From contig DCAB01000012.1 of assembly GCA_002311855.1 (NCBI GenBank), forward strand, positions 388,112 through 452,111: a stretch of DNA of 64,000 bases, given 5' to 3'. The notes beneath the pieces were generated by a model. That model had not been told where the DNA came from, searched no databases, and worked only from the letters and a program-made list of their open reading frames with translations. Positions 1 through 13,655 of the stretch are shown here, in pieces; the stretch's first letter is position 1, and every line of letters begins with the position of its first letter. A program made the position numbers and the translations under genes. This stretch comes from Candidatus Dadabacteria bacterium UBA1144. GTDB lineage: Bacteria > Desulfobacterota_D > UBA1144.

Positions 1-188
1 TCTATTAGGCTCGGTGGAACTTTAGCGATTGTTTTGATTTGTTTTGTGTTTTGAGCGGTTAAACAAGTAATCGCCGTAGTTGCAAAGACTTTCATTGTAT
101 TTAAGGTTTTGATGTCGGCTTGAATTCCTGCTCCTCCGCCAGAATCTGACCCGGCAATGCTTAATACCACTGGAACATTTTTTTTCAT
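1..188 (-). CDS. thiD: hydroxymethylpyrimidine/phosphomethylpyrimidine kinase, N-terminal part (runs off window edge)
   Basis: Manual translation from ATG at 188: [29 protein letters not shown]...[10 protein letters not shown], the ThiD signature; not in the ORF track. Confidence 0.92.
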   Translation of the reverse strand, partial: MKKNVPVVLSIAGSDSGGGAGIQADIKTLNTMKVFATTAITCLTAQNTKQIKTIAKVPPSLI

Positions 189-222
189 TCTAAAAGTAGT
201 ATATTAATGTAATTTTAGATAT

Positions 223-822
223 ATGAAAACTTTTGAACCTTATGTTGAAGAAAGGCCAAACGATTTAGAAATCATACTAAACGTAGGAAACGCAGGTGAA
301 ACAATCAAAATTTTTCTCAATAAAGGATCCTCGTTTGGCTCAAATCATTTAACAACAAAATTAATAGCTGATGCCATAATTTCTATTGATGAGGAAAACA
401 GGTCAACGGCATTAGATATAGGTTGTGGATCCGGCATCCTAACGATTCTTCTCTTCAAACTGAAATATCGGCAAATAAAATCAATTGATATTGATACTTA
501 TGTATTAAAAGAGGCGAAAAAGAATATAATATCGAATTTTGGCTATTTCCCTTCCAATATATCTTTAACGGATGAAAATGTGCATCAATTAAATTCTAAA
601 TTTAATTTAATCGCAATAAACATCTCTGGGAATTTCATATCTAATAATTTTAAAATGATTTCAAATTTGCTTGCACAAGGTGGATATCTCATTATCTCAG
701 GATTTAACTGCAATAAAGAAAAAAAATTTATTAGACTGGCAAATCAAAATAACTTATTTTTGGATGGAAAATTTTTACAAAACCCTTGGATATCCTTAGT
801 TTTTAAAAAGTTCTCAATTTGA
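223..822 (+). CDS. PrmA-like SAM-dependent methyltransferase (short, divergent)
   Basis: SFGSNHLTT resembles PrmA FGTGxHxTT; LDIGCGSGIL SAM motif; DID; GGYLIISG. Confidence 0.65.
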   Translation: MKTFEPYVEERPNDLEIILNVGNAGETIKIFLNKGSSFGSNHLTTKLIADAIISIDEENRSTALDIGCGSGILTILLFKLKYRQIKSIDIDTYVLKEAKKNIISNFGYFPSNISLTDENVHQLNSKFNLIAINISGNFISNNFKMISNLLAQGGYLIISGFNCNKEKKFIRLANQNNLFLDGKFLQNPWISLVFKKFSI

Positions 823-847
823 TAGTTGCATAGCGCAAATATATAAT
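819..847 (+). promoter_or_regulatory. sigma70-type promoter of gltB
   Basis: TTGATA (819-824), 17 bp spacer, TATAAT (842-847). Confidence 0.55.
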
Positions 848-873
848 ACCTTTTACTTGGTATTTGGTAAGAA

Positions 874-3800
874 ATGATGAAAAAAAATAGGTTGTTGTAT
901 GAAAGAGAATTTGAGCACGATGCCTGCGGGGTAGGTTTTGTCGCTGATATTAACGGTGAAAGAAGCAATAAGGTTCTCAAAAGAGCAATTGAAGCGGTTA
1001 TTAATCTAACCCATAGAGGCGCTATCGGAGGAGATCAAAAAACTGGTGACGGCGCAGGAATATTGACACAGCTACCATTAGAGTTTTTTGACCAGATTCT
1101 CTCGCTCGATAATATTTTGCCCGGAAATCTGGGTGTTGGAATGTTCTTTTTACCGAAAAAGAGCGAAGTTGATTATGAAAAAAGTCTTAAAATAATTAGA
1201 GATTGTATCCTTGAAAGTGGCATATCACTTTTGGCCACTAGGCAGGTTCCAGTCGATTCCTCGGGCTTAGGCCAAAAAGCTTTGGAGACACTTCCCGACA
1301 TACAACAGTTTTTTGTTTCCGATACAAGCTTTACTAATCAAGAGAAATTTGAAAGAAATCTTTTTAAAACAAGGAAGATTATTGATTCTAAAGCTAAAGA
1401 AAATAATATTAAGGATATTTATTGTTGCTCTTTTTCTTCAAAAACTATTTGTTATAAAGGTATGTTGATAGCACACCAGCTTGATCAATTTTATCTTGAT
1501 CTAAGAAATCCAAATTTTAAAACAAGTTTGGCCGTATTCCACCAAAGATACAGCACAAATACTTTTCCCGATTGGAAATTGGCTCACCCTTATAGGTATA
1601 TCGGACACAACGGCGAGATTAATACTCTCATGGGTAATAAAAATTGGATGAAAGCAAGAGAGAATTCTTCTGTTTCTAAAATATGGGGTAAAGATATTAA
1701 TTTTATTAAACCTTTTATCACGCCTGACGGGAGTGATTCATCTGATTTGGATAATGCATTGGAAATTCTAACTCTATCAGGTAGGGATATTTTACAATCC
1801 GTTTGCATGCTTATTCCCGAAGCATATGAAAAAGATCCTACTATGCCCAATGAACTAAAGTCCTTTTACGACTATAGCTCATGTATTGTTGAGCCCTGGG
1901 ATGGTCCTGCAGCGATAGTATTCACTGATGGAAGATACGTTGGTGCAGCACTTGATAGAAACGGACTAAGGCCAATTCGTTATCATGTCACGGATGATAA
2001 TCTAATAATTTTAGGATCTGAGGTAGGTATAGTCGATATTCCCGTAAAAAATGTAATAAGATCCGGTCGTGTTGGCCCTGGAAAAATCTTAGCTGTAGAT
2101 ACGGAAAACAAAGTCCTTCTTTTTGATAAAGAGATTAAAAATAATCTTGCAAAAACTCTTGATTATAAAAAATGGACATCCGAAAGATTTCATAAAGTAT
2201 CAGAGATAATTTCTTCAAATGAGCCAGGAAAACAAGACATATCAGATTTTTCCGAGGAAGAAATATTGCTTTTTCAAAAAGCATTCGGCTATTCGTTAGA
2301 AGATCTGGAAAGACTCATAGAACCCATGAGCCGCAGCGGAAAAGAGCCAATCGGATCGATGGGAGACGATACTCCGATCTCGGCTTTATCTTCAAAACCA
2401 AAGTCAGTTTTTTCATATTTCAAGCAAAGATTTGCACAAGTTACAAATCCTCCGATTGATCCCTACAGAGAAGAGAGCGTTATGTCGCTGAGAGTTCTAA
2501 TGGGAGATAAATCCAGTTTTCTTGATTCAATTAATCCCAAAGAAGAATTTTTATGTTTTGATTCACCTGTATTGACCGATAAAGAAATGAATTGGATTAA
2601 AAACCTCAAATCAAAGAAATTCAGTGTATCCCAAATTAATACTTTATTTCCTGTATCTAAAAAAAACGGACTTGAATCATCTCTAAATAATATTGTCAAT
2701 AAAGCCATAGCAGAGGTTGACAAGGGTTTTAAGATTCTCCTCCTCTCTGATAGAAATATCTCAAAAACTAAAGCACCAATACCTATGTTGGCCGCTGTGA
2801 GTGCCATTCATCATGAATTGATTTCTCAAGGTAAAAGGATGAAAGTCTCTATTGTAGTTGAATCTGGTGAAGTTAGAGAAGACCACCATGTCTGTTGCCT
2901 GTTAGGTTATGGAGCATCATGTATTAATCCTTATCTCGCCTTTGCAAGTGTTACGGACTGGATGGCAACATTTGAGGGTGACCCTGAGCACCATTTGTCA
3001 AATTATAAATTAGCACTTGAGCGAGGAGTGTTGAAAATTATGTCTAAAATGGGCATAAGTACGGTTGCTAGCTATACTGGCTCTCAGATTTTTGAAATAG
3101 TGGGTATTGATGACCAAACTACAAATAATTATTTCCCTGGCACGGTTAGTAGAATAGGAGGTGTCTCTATAGGAGATTTTGAAACTGATACACTAATATT
3201 TCATTCAAATGCATTCAAGAAAAAGATTGGGGAAAGACTCAAAGAGGAAGGAATATATAGATTTAGAAAAGATGGTGAATATCATTCATTAAATCCTCTT
3301 CTCTTTAAATCTCTTAGGAAACTATCAAAAACTGCATCGTACGATGATTATAAAAATTTTGTCTTATTACACGAGAATAGACACCCTTCTATGATTAGGG
3401 ATTTACTTGAGTTTAAGTCTGTAGGCGAGATTCCTATCGACGATGTGGAGCCAATAGAAGAAATAGTAAAAAGATGGAGGACGGGAGCGATGTCTCACGG
3501 AGCCCTAAGTACCGAAGCTCACCAGGCAGTTGCAATCGCAGTTAATAGAATAGGTGGAAAAAGTAATAGTGGTGAGGGCGGAGAAAATTCAAACAGATTT
3601 ACTAAAGATTCTGACGGAAACTGGAGAAATAGTGCTATCAAACAAGTTGCTTCGGGAAGATTTGGTGTAACTCCTGAATACCTTGCTGCTGCTGAAGTGA
3701 TAGAAATCAAGATGGCGCAAGGAGCTAAACCCGGAGAAGGTGGTCAAATACCAGGATCAAAAGTAAGCGAAGAGATAGCTTCACAAAGATATTCGATACC

Positions 3801-5376
3801 TGGTGTGGGTTTAATCTCTCCACCCCCTCACCATGATATCTATAGTATCGAAGATTTAGCTCAATTGATCTATGATTTAAAACATGCAAATACAAGTGCA
3901 AAGGTGAGTGTTAAATTAGTTTCAGAAATTGGTGTTGGAACAGTAGCAGCTGGTGTTGCCAAGGGATATGCTGATAATATACAAATAAGTGGATGCGAGG
4001 GAGGGACCGGAGCTTCTCCATTGGGTTCGATTAAACACGCGGGTATACCTTGGGAGATGGGATTAGCAGAAGCCCAACAAGTACTAGTTATGAACGACTT
4101 GCGTGGAAGGGTTAGTTTGAGTGTAGATGGGGGATTTCAAAGAGGTTTTGATGTTGTGGTAGCGGCGATGCTAGGGGCAGACGAATATGGATTTGGCACA
4201 TCTGTTCTTGTAGCGTTAGGTTGTGTTATGGCTAGGCAATGTCATTTAAATACCTGCCCTGTAGGGATAGCATCGCAAAAACCTGAACTAAGAGCTAAGT
4301 TCCCTGGTGTTCCAGAAGATGCTGTAAATTATTTATTAGCAATTGCTAACGATGTTAGGGAAATATTGTCAAAAATAGGAGTTAAATCAATCGACGATAT
4401 AATTGGAAGAACAGATCTATTAAAAGTTAAATCAAATCTTGATTTTCAGAAAACAAAAAATATAAACCTAGATAGACTTTTAGCTGATCCAGATCCTTCA
4501 AACACAAAGCCTAGAAAAAAGATTTTAGATAGAAACGATAGAGATGAGAACCCAATTGATTATGAAATAATGAATATCTGTAGATTAAGTATCGATGAAC
4601 TAGAAAGAAAATCTATCAATTTGTCTATTAAAAATACGGATAGAACTGTAGGTGCTATATTGTCAGGAACAATAGCTAAAAAATATGGCAACAAGGGACT
4701 ACCAGATGAAACTATAAGAATTAACTTTAGAGGTACGGCTGGACAAAGTTTCGGTGGCTATTTAATTAACGGGATATCTCTTTTCTTGGAAGGAGAAGCG
4801 AATGATTATGTAGGAAAATCAATGCATGGGGGGAAAATCATTGTTTATCCCGATAGAGAATCTAATTATTTAACTGAAGGTAATTCCATAATTGGAAATA
4901 CAGTTTTATATGGAGCTACAGCAGGCCGTTTATACGCTGCCGGCTTTGCGGGAGAAAGGTTCTGTGTTAGAAACAGCGGGGTTGTTGCTGTAGTCGAGGG
5001 GGTTGGGGACCACGCCTGCGAATATATGACCGGCGGAGAAGTTTATATCTTCGGGCCGGTAGGTAAAAATTTGGGTGCGGGCATGTCAGGGGGACTGGCT
5101 TATATCTTAGTTGAGAATGAAAATATAAATCATCAGATTAATCACGATATGGTTTTAGTTGAAAAGGTGAATACAAAAGATATTGCAAAAATAAAATTTT
5201 CTCTGAATGAACATTATGTTCTCACCAAAAGTAAGAAGGCTAAATTAATCCTCGACGGTTTTGATGATTTTGTACCTAGGTTTATCAAAATAGTCCCTAA
5301 GGAGCTCTTTAAACTACTTGAATCAAAAGGTATTGACATAGATGATTTTGATTTTGTTAATCCAAAATTAAATTAA
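874..5376 (+). CDS. gltB: glutamate synthase large subunit
   Basis: EHDACGVGF Ntn start, HQRYSTNT, EPWDGPA, AQGAKPGEGG, CxxxxxCxxxxCP [3Fe-4S] motif, C-terminal GXGXG domain. Confidence 0.98.
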   Translation: MMKKNRLLYEREFEHDACGVGFVADINGERSNKVLKRAIEAVINLTHRGAIGGDQKTGDGAGILTQLPLEFFDQILSLDNILPGNLGVGMFFLPKKSEVDYEKSLKIIRDCILESGISLLATRQVPVDSSGLGQKALETLPDIQQFFVSDTSFTNQEKFERNLFKTRKIIDSKAKENNIKDIYCCSFSSKTICYKGMLIAHQLDQFYLDLRNPNFKTSLAVFHQRYSTNTFPDWKLAHPYRYIGHNGEINTLMGNKNWMKARENSSVSKIWGKDINFIKPFITPDGSDSSDLDNALEILTLSGRDILQSVCMLIPEAYEKDPTMPNELKSFYDYSSCIVEPWDGPAAIVFTDGRYVGAALDRNGLRPIRYHVTDDNLIILGSEVGIVDIPVKNVIRSGRVGPGKILAVDTENKVLLFDKEIKNNLAKTLDYKKWTSERFHKVSEIISSNEPGKQDISDFSEEEILLFQKAFGYSLEDLERLIEPMSRSGKEPIGSMGDDTPISALSSKPKSVFSYFKQRFAQVTNPPIDPYREESVMSLRVLMGDKSSFLDSINPKEEFLCFDSPVLTDKEMNWIKNLKSKKFSVSQINTLFPVSKKNGLESSLNNIVNKAIAEVDKGFKILLLSDRNISKTKAPIPMLAAVSAIHHELISQGKRMKVSIVVESGEVREDHHVCCLLGYGASCINPYLAFASVTDWMATFEGDPEHHLSNYKLALERGVLKIMSKMGISTVASYTGSQIFEIVGIDDQTTNNYFPGTVSRIGGVSIGDFETDTLIFHSNAFKKKIGERLKEEGIYRFRKDGEYHSLNPLLFKSLRKLSKTASYDDYKNFVLLHENRHPSMIRDLLEFKSVGEIPIDDVEPIEEIVKRWRTGAMSHGALSTEAHQAVAIAVNRIGGKSNSGEGGENSNRFTKDSDGNWRNSAIKQVASGRFGVTPEYLAAAEVIEIKMAQGAKPGEGGQIPGSKVSEEIASQRYSIPGVGLISPPPHHDIYSIEDLAQLIYDLKHANTSAKVSVKLVSEIGVGTVAAGVAKGYADNIQISGCEGGTGASPLGSIKHAGIPWEMGLAEAQQVLVMNDLRGRVSLSVDGGFQRGFDVVVAAMLGADEYGFGTSVLVALGCVMARQCHLNTCPVGIASQKPELRAKFPGVPEDAVNYLLAIANDVREILSKIGVKSIDDIIGRTDLLKVKSNLDFQKTKNINLDRLLADPDPSNTKPRKKILDRNDRDENPIDYEIMNICRLSIDELERKSINLSIKNTDRTVGAILSGTIAKKYGNKGLPDETIRINFRGTAGQSFGGYLINGISLFLEGEANDYVGKSMHGGKIIVYPDRESNYLTEGNSIIGNTVLYGATAGRLYAAGFAGERFCVRNSGVVAVVEGVGDHACEYMTGGEVYIFGPVGKNLGAGMSGGLAYILVENENINHQINHDMVLVEKVNTKDIAKIKFSLNEHYVLTKSKKAKLILDGFDDFVPRFIKIVPKELFKLLESKGIDIDDFDFVNPKLN

Positions 5377-6370
5377 TTTTCTTTCTTCTTAAAGTACTAA
5401 AAACTGGGAAGTCTAGTGAAGATTGAACCTTGTTCTCAATAATCTTTTGGATTCCTCTCATTGCGATCATTGCGCCGTTATCGGTGCAATACTTACTAGA
5501 GGGAAAGATAATTTCATATCTTGATAAATTTTCTTTCGCACTTTCTCTAAGTCTTGAATTGCACGCAACTCCCCCAGAAAAAAGGATACTCTTAACACTA
5601 AATTTCTTGGTTGCTTTAATGATATTGCGAATAAGAGATTTAACGATAGCTTCTTGGTAGGATGACGCAATATCATTCATATTTGCCTTCCAATTAGCAT
5701 TCTTATCTAGGTAGTATTTTAAAGAAGTTTTTAAACCACTAAAACTAAAATCCAATGAATCTCCAAGTTCTGCAACTGGAAAATCATGAAAATCCTTATT
5801 GCCTAGTTTTGATATTCTATCAATTTGTATCCCACCAGGATAACCAAGTCCCAAAAGTTTAGCACCTTTATCAAAAGCTTCACCTGCTGCATCATCAAGA
5901 GTTGAAGACCTTAGATTGAAATTATTTTGATCCTTTAAGTAGTAAATATTTGTATGTCCCCCGGATACTACAAGGCAAATAGCTGGAAATTTAATCTCAT
6001 TTTCTATAAAGCATGATGCGATATGTCCTTCTAAATGATTTATTGGAAATATATTGCTTTTATTTATTAGAGCCAATGTTTTTGCCGTTGAAACTCCAAT
6101 CATAAGACAACTTAGAAGACCTGGACCATTTGTAACACAGATCATATCTATTTCCTGTATTTTTCTATTAGCAATTTTTAGTGATTCATTTAACACGTGA
6201 ACAATTTTTTCAAGATGATTTTTTGATGCTATTTCTGGAACGACACCTCCAAAATTTTTATGGATGTCTATTTGACTAAAGGTGACATTCGATAGGACAT
6301 TTTTGTCGCTATCTAGAATAGCCACGCTAGTCTCATCACAAGATGTTTCGATGCCCATAAAATATTTCAT
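5357..6370 (-). CDS. tsaD: tRNA N6-adenosine threonylcarbamoyltransferase
   Basis: GIETSCDET, HLEGH, VSGGHT, DDAAGEAFDK, FSFSGLKT, TDNGAMIA. Confidence 0.97.
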   Translation of the reverse strand: MKYFMGIETSCDETSVAILDSDKNVLSNVTFSQIDIHKNFGGVVPEIASKNHLEKIVHVLNESLKIANRKIQEIDMICVTNGPGLLSCLMIGVSTAKTLALINKSNIFPINHLEGHIASCFIENEIKFPAICLVVSGGHTNIYYLKDQNNFNLRSSTLDDAAGEAFDKGAKLLGLGYPGGIQIDRISKLGNKDFHDFPVAELGDSLDFSFSGLKTSLKYYLDKNANWKANMNDIASSYQEAIVKSLIRNIIKATKKFSVKSILFSGGVACNSRLRESAKENLSRYEIIFPSSKYCTDNGAMIAMRGIQKIIENKVQSSLDFPVFSTLRRKKINLILD

Positions 6371-6444
6371 AGAGACTTATTGTTCTTATGGTAATTATTT
6401 TCCAAATAATTCAAATGTTCAAATATATGGTAGAATCTACTTAA

Positions 6445-8349
<1,905 letters not shown>

Positions 8350-8369
8350 TAACTTTAGTTTTACGAATT

Positions 8370-11300
8370 ATGCCAAAAAGAACGGACATTAAATCCATCC
8401 TAATAATAGGGTCTGGACCGATAGTAATCGGTCAAGGGTGTGAATTTGATTACTCTGGGACCCAAGCTTGCAAAGCCCTGAAAGAAGAGGGCTACAAAGT
8501 GATTCTCGTTAATAGTAACCCCGCAACGATAATGACTGATCCAGATTTTGCTGATAGAACATATATTGAGCCATTAAATACCGATACTCTTGAAAAAATT
8601 ATAGAGAAAGAACTTCCTGATGCCATCCTTCCAACCGTTGGGGGACAAACAGCTTTAAATTTAGCTATGGATTTACACGTAAGAGGAGTTTTGAATAAAT
8701 ACGGAGTAGAGCTTATAGGAGCCAAGATTGATGCAATCGAAAAAGCAGAAAAAAGAGCAAAGTTTAAAAAAGCAATGAAATCTATAGGCTTAAGAGTTCC
8801 CAACAGTATTGTTGTAAATAATCTTGAGGATGGACTTAAACTAATTAAGAAAGTTGGGTTTCCCGCGATACTTAGACCATCTTTTACATTGGGTGGAACG
8901 GGGGGAGGCATAGCTCGCTCTATGGAAGAATTAAAATTGCTACTTAAAGATGGCTTGGATTCTAGTCCTATATCTGAAGTTCAAATCGATGAATCGATAA
9001 TTGGATGGAAGGAATTTGAATTGGAAGTTGTTAGAGATTCCAAAGATAATGTAATTATAATTTGTTCTATTGAAAATTTTGATCCAATGGGAATTCACAC
9101 TGGTGATAGTATCACTGTTGCACCAGCTCAAACATTAACCGATAAGCAATATCAACTATTAAGAAATTATTCAATCGACATTATTAGAGAAATAGGTGTT
9201 GAGACTGGTGGATCAAATATACAATTTGCAGTAAATCCAGACAATGGAGACATAGTTGTAATTGAGATGAATCCAAGAGTATCAAGAAGTTCTGCTCTAG
9301 CATCAAAGGCAACAGGCTATCCAATCGCCAAAATTGCAGCCAAATTAGCAGTTGGATATACGTTGGACGAATTGCCTAACGATATAACCCTAGATACTCC
9401 TGCTTCTTTTGAGCCTACTCTAGATTATGTGGTGGTAAAAATACCAAGATTTACCTTTGAAAAATTTCCTCAAACTAAACCAGAATTGGGAACTCAAATG
9501 AAATCGGTAGGTGAGATTATGTCTATTGGAAGCACTTTTAAGGAAGCACTCGGAAAAGCTATGAGATCTTTAGAAACCGAGAATCTTGCTTTTGATTTAA
9601 TTGAAGATGACAAAAACAAAATACTTGATGTATTAGGATCCAATAATCCAAACAAACTTTGGTATATAGCAAATGCTTTTAGGACAGGTATTAATGTTGA
9701 TCAGATATATGAGATTACAAAGATAGATAAGTGGTTTTTAAATAACATAAGAGAAATGATTGAATTAGAATTTGAAATTAGAAAAAAATGCGACTCTGCC
9801 CTTGATAAAGAAATAATCTATCGTGCCAAACAAAATGGGTTCTCAGATGCAATTATCTCATATTTAGTTGGAAAAAACGAAGAAGAAATTAGAGATTTTA
9901 GATTATCTCACGATATAGTTCCATCTTATAAGATGGTTGATACATGTGCAGCCGAATTTGAAGCGTTCACACCTTATCTATATTCAACTTATCAATCTGA
10001 AGATGAATCTAACCCAACCAATGAGAAGAAAATCGCGATATTGGGTAGTGGGCCCAATAGAATTGGACAAGGAATTGAATTTGACTATTGTTGTGTACAT
10101 GCATCTTTTTCACTAAAAGAGGAAGGGTATCAAACCATAATGATTAATTGCAATCCTGAAACTGTGAGTACAGATTATGATACTTCTGATAAATTATATT
10201 TTGAGCCACTAACAGCCGAAGATACAATATCTATAATCAACAAAGAAAAACCCGATGGGGTTATCGTTCATTTTGGAGGCCAAACCCCATTAAAACTTGC
10301 ACTAGATCTTGAAAAAGCTGGAGCAAATATTATTGGTACTTCTGCTGACAGTATTGATCTTGCTGAAGATAGAGAAAGATTTAAAAATTTAATGGAAGAA
10401 TTAGGAATACTTCAGCCAAGATCTATGATTGCTAAATCTCTAGACGAGGCCTTCCAATTATCTTCCGAGATAGGGTATCCCATTATTGTCAGACCTTCAT
10501 ACGTTCTAGGAGGAAGGGCAATGGAAATCGTTTATTCAGAACAAGATTTGAGGAAATACCTTGGTGAGGCGGTTAGAGTTTCTCATAGAAGACCTATTTT
10601 ATTAGATCAGTTCTTAAATGACGCTAAAGAAATTGATGTCGATGCAATTTCCGATGGTCAAGATGTTGTAATTTGCGGAATTCTGGAACATATAGAAGAA
10701 GCTGGTGTTCATTCGGGGGATAGCACCATGGTTCTGCCACCTTATTCTTTAAATCAGAGTTTAATCGATCAAATTATTGAGAAGTCTAAATTGATAGCAA
10801 TAAAATTAAAAGTTAAAGGACTTTTGAATATTCAATATGCGATAAAAGATAACAAAATATTTATAATTGAAGTTAATCCTAGAGCTAGTAGAACGGTACC
10901 TTTTATAAGCAAAGCCACCGGTGTTCCTATTGCAAAAATTGCATCGAAAGTTATGGTGGGTAAAAAGTTAAAAGAATTAGGTTTTACTGAAGAAGTTTCC
11001 ATTAATCACTATGCGGTGAAAGAATCCGTCTTCCCTTTCATTAAATTTCCCGATGTTGATACTTTATTGGGACCAGAAATGAAATCTACTGGCGAAGTAA
11101 TGGGAATTGACAATGAGCTTTCTGCAGCTTTTGCAAAGGCACAAATTGCGGCAGGTAACGATCTTCCAACCAAGGGAACTGCTTTTGTAAGTGTTAAGAA
11201 TGATGATAAACCAAAAATAATAGAGCTTTCTAAAAAACTAATTGCATTGGATTTCAATATTGTATCAACTAAAGGAACTCATGAATTTTTAAATAAATAT

Positions 11301-11564
11301 TCTATAAATTCTAAAGTAATTAACAAAGTAAAAGAAGGACATCCAAACATTGTTGATTTAATTAAAGAAGACAAAATTGATATTCTCATGAATACAACAT
11401 TCACAAAAAAGGAGATATTGGAGTCGTTTTCAATAAGAAGAACGGCACTCACGAGACGCGTTCCTTACTTCACAACGATAGCGGGAGCTCTTGCGGCGGT
11501 TGATGCGATTGGATATCTAAAAAAGGACACGATTAAAGTCAAAGCACTTCAGGAATATTTTTAA
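8370..11564 (+). CDS. carB: carbamoyl-phosphate synthase large subunit
   Basis: [32 protein letters not shown], duplicated ATP-grasp, MGS domain. Confidence 0.99.
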   Translation: MPKRTDIKSILIIGSGPIVIGQGCEFDYSGTQACKALKEEGYKVILVNSNPATIMTDPDFADRTYIEPLNTDTLEKIIEKELPDAILPTVGGQTALNLAMDLHVRGVLNKYGVELIGAKIDAIEKAEKRAKFKKAMKSIGLRVPNSIVVNNLEDGLKLIKKVGFPAILRPSFTLGGTGGGIARSMEELKLLLKDGLDSSPISEVQIDESIIGWKEFELEVVRDSKDNVIIICSIENFDPMGIHTGDSITVAPAQTLTDKQYQLLRNYSIDIIREIGVETGGSNIQFAVNPDNGDIVVIEMNPRVSRSSALASKATGYPIAKIAAKLAVGYTLDELPNDITLDTPASFEPTLDYVVVKIPRFTFEKFPQTKPELGTQMKSVGEIMSIGSTFKEALGKAMRSLETENLAFDLIEDDKNKILDVLGSNNPNKLWYIANAFRTGINVDQIYEITKIDKWFLNNIREMIELEFEIRKKCDSALDKEIIYRAKQNGFSDAIISYLVGKNEEEIRDFRLSHDIVPSYKMVDTCAAEFEAFTPYLYSTYQSEDESNPTNEKKIAILGSGPNRIGQGIEFDYCCVHASFSLKEEGYQTIMINCNPETVSTDYDTSDKLYFEPLTAEDTISIINKEKPDGVIVHFGGQTPLKLALDLEKAGANIIGTSADSIDLAEDRERFKNLMEELGILQPRSMIAKSLDEAFQLSSEIGYPIIVRPSYVLGGRAMEIVYSEQDLRKYLGEAVRVSHRRPILLDQFLNDAKEIDVDAISDGQDVVICGILEHIEEAGVHSGDSTMVLPPYSLNQSLIDQIIEKSKLIAIKLKVKGLLNIQYAIKDNKIFIIEVNPRASRTVPFISKATGVPIAKIASKVMVGKKLKELGFTEEVSINHYAVKESVFPFIKFPDVDTLLGPEMKSTGEVMGIDNELSAAFAKAQIAAGNDLPTKGTAFVSVKNDDKPKIIELSKKLIALDFNIVSTKGTHEFLNKYSINSKVINKVKEGHPNIVDLIKEDKIDILMNTTFTKKEILESFSIRRTALTRRVPYFTTIAGALAAVDAIGYLKKDTIKVKALQEYF

Positions 11565-11580
11565 AAGGTATAATTTAGTG

Positions 11581-12051
11581 ATGCAGAAGTTACCAATTTC
11601 ACCGAAAGGTTTTGAATCTATGCAATTAGAACTTAAGCGGCTTAAAAACGAAGAAAGACCCAGGATAATCAAAATGATTGAGTTTGCAAGATCTCTTGGG
11701 GATTTATCTGAAAATGCTGAATATCAAACGGCAAAAGAACAACAGACTTTTAATGACAAAAGAATATCCGAACTCGAGACTAGGCTAGCAAGTTGTGTAA
11801 TAATTGATCCCTCCAAGATTAAAGATAAATCAAAACTAATTTTTGGCCTCACATTTGAAATAGAAGATTTAGATTCAGGAGATAAGAAAACTTTTCAGCT
11901 CCTAGGACCTGAAGAATCTAATCCTGACCGGGGTTCTATATCTGTCCAATCTCCTATGGGAATGGCTGTTCTAGGTAAACAAGAGGGGGATGAGTTTATT
12001 GTTAGAACTCCAGCGGGACCTAAAGAGTGTGTCTTGAATAAAATCTTTTAA
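11581..12051 (+). CDS. greA: transcription elongation factor GreA
   Basis: GDLSENAEY, ISVQSPMG; follows carB. Confidence 0.95.
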   Translation: MQKLPISPKGFESMQLELKRLKNEERPRIIKMIEFARSLGDLSENAEYQTAKEQQTFNDKRISELETRLASCVIIDPSKIKDKSKLIFGLTFEIEDLDSGDKKTFQLLGPEESNPDRGSISVQSPMGMAVLGKQEGDEFIVRTPAGPKECVLNKIF

Positions 12052-12065
12052 TTTACAATAGAATC

Positions 12066-12569
12066 ATGGGTCTGCTCGGAATTAGTCATAAGTCACCTAC
12101 ATTATTTGGCCCTGTCGCATTTTACGTTCTTATAGATCAACTTTCTAAATTTTTAGTATCTCTCGATTGGGCCCCTACTAAAGTAAATGAATATTTAAAT
12201 ATTGTTTATGTAAAAAATACTGGTCTAATTCTTGGTCTCTTCTCTTCTGTAGATTCTTCAATTATGTTTTTTATCTATTTGGCTCTATTTGCTCTGGCAA
12301 TGTTCATCATAACTAAGTTCGTACTCCTCGATTCGGCTATGAGGAATGATAAAATAGGTTTTTATATTCTGGTTTTCTTTTATTCTGGCGCAATTGGGAA
12401 TACTGTTGATAGAATTTTTAGGGGTCATGTGATTGATTTTATCGATATCCATTATGAAAATTTACATTGGCCTGCGTTTAATTTTGCGGACACTATGATT
12501 TCTCTGGGTATCATTATGTATATATTGAAAATTTATAAGGAAAGAAACATTGTTTACAGGAATAGTTGA
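12066..12569 (+). CDS. lspA: lipoprotein signal peptidase
   Basis: DQLSK, NTG, GAIGNTVDR, VIDFI, WPAFNFAD. Confidence 0.93.
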   Translation: MGLLGISHKSPTLFGPVAFYVLIDQLSKFLVSLDWAPTKVNEYLNIVYVKNTGLILGLFSSVDSSIMFFIYLALFALAMFIITKFVLLDSAMRNDKIGFYILVFFYSGAIGNTVDRIFRGHVIDFIDIHYENLHWPAFNFADTMISLGIIMYILKIYKERNIVYRNS

Positions 12570-13143
12570 AGAAGTTGGGAGAATTTCAAGTATAAAGAAA
12601 CTCAAGAGCGGGGAGTATGTCCTATCGATTAAATGTAAAAAAATAAGTCCTTCAACTCTTTCAATAGGTGATTCGGTTGCGGTCAATGGAGCATGTCTTA
12701 CTGTTACAAAGAAAAATAAATCATCTTTTCAAACTCTAGCTTCGAGAGAAACATTACTAAAAACAAACTTAAAACAAGAAAAAACAAAATCTTTTGTTAA
12801 TCTTGAAAGAGCAATGAAAATTAATTCTAGGTTCGGAGGACATATCGTAAGCGGCCACATAGATTCAACAGGAACTACAAGAAAAATAGAAAAATCAGGG
12901 AAATCTTTACGTTATTGGTTTTATGTCAAAAAAAAATTTAGAAAATACATTATCGAAAAAGGATCAATCTCTATTGATGGTATAAGCTTGACAATAAATG
13001 ATATCAAGGGAGATCTCTTCTCAGTAAATATCATTCCCTACACATCATCTAGAACTAACTCTACAAATTGGAAGAAAAACGATTTAGTCAATATCGAATT
13101 TGATGTCGTAGCGAAATATGTCGAGAGCATAATGACCAAATGA
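12550..13143 (+). CDS. ribE: riboflavin synthase (alpha chain)
   Basis: MFTGIVEE start, GDSVAVNGACLT, VNLERA, GGHIVSGH. Confidence 0.96.
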   Translation: MFTGIVEEVGRISSIKKLKSGEYVLSIKCKKISPSTLSIGDSVAVNGACLTVTKKNKSSFQTLASRETLLKTNLKQEKTKSFVNLERAMKINSRFGGHIVSGHIDSTGTTRKIEKSGKSLRYWFYVKKKFRKYIIEKGSISIDGISLTINDIKGDLFSVNIIPYTSSRTNSTNWKKNDLVNIEFDVVAKYVESIMTK

Positions 13144-13655
13144 ATTATAAGAGCATATACTTGATAGGCTTTATGGGTTCTGGAAAAACTACCGTTGGCA
13201 AGTCTCTTACAAAGTATATTGATTATAAACTTGTCGATACAGACGAATTGATAGTTCAAGATTTAAATATGCAAATAACAGAAATCTTTGCTTCGAAAGG
13301 AGAAGAGTATTTTAGAGATTTAGAATCAGAGAAATTAAAACAGCTGTTGCTAGAAAGTAATTTAATTGTCTCCACAGGCGGAGGAATTATTCTAAGAGAT
13401 GTTAACAGAGATATACTAAAGAATTCTTTTTCTATTTATTTAAAAACATCATATGACAAGATTTTTGACAGAATAAAGAATGACAAAACTAGACCTCTGC
13501 TTAATACGGAAGATTCTTATTCATCGGGCTTGAAGCTATTTGAGTCTAGAAGAATTATATATGAATCATTTGAATTTCAAATTAATACGGATGATTTTCC
13601 ACCCGATGATATAGCAAAAAAAATATTAGCGATTTACAGTAATGTCAAAAATTGA
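13140..13655 (+). CDS. aroK: shikimate kinase
   Basis: GFMGSGKTT P-loop, GEEYFR, STGGG, RPLL. Confidence 0.95.
   Translation: MNYKSIYLIGFMGSGKTTVGKSLTKYIDYKLVDTDELIVQDLNMQITEIFASKGEEYFRDLESEKLKQLLLESNLIVSTGGGIILRDVNRDILKNSFSIYLKTSYDKIFDRIKNDKTRPLLNTEDSYSSGLKLFESRRIIYESFEFQINTDDFPPDDIAKKILAIYSNVKN

Noticed and set aside
8370-12051. carB without carA
   Set aside because: Split carA/carB and carB-greA adjacency are common
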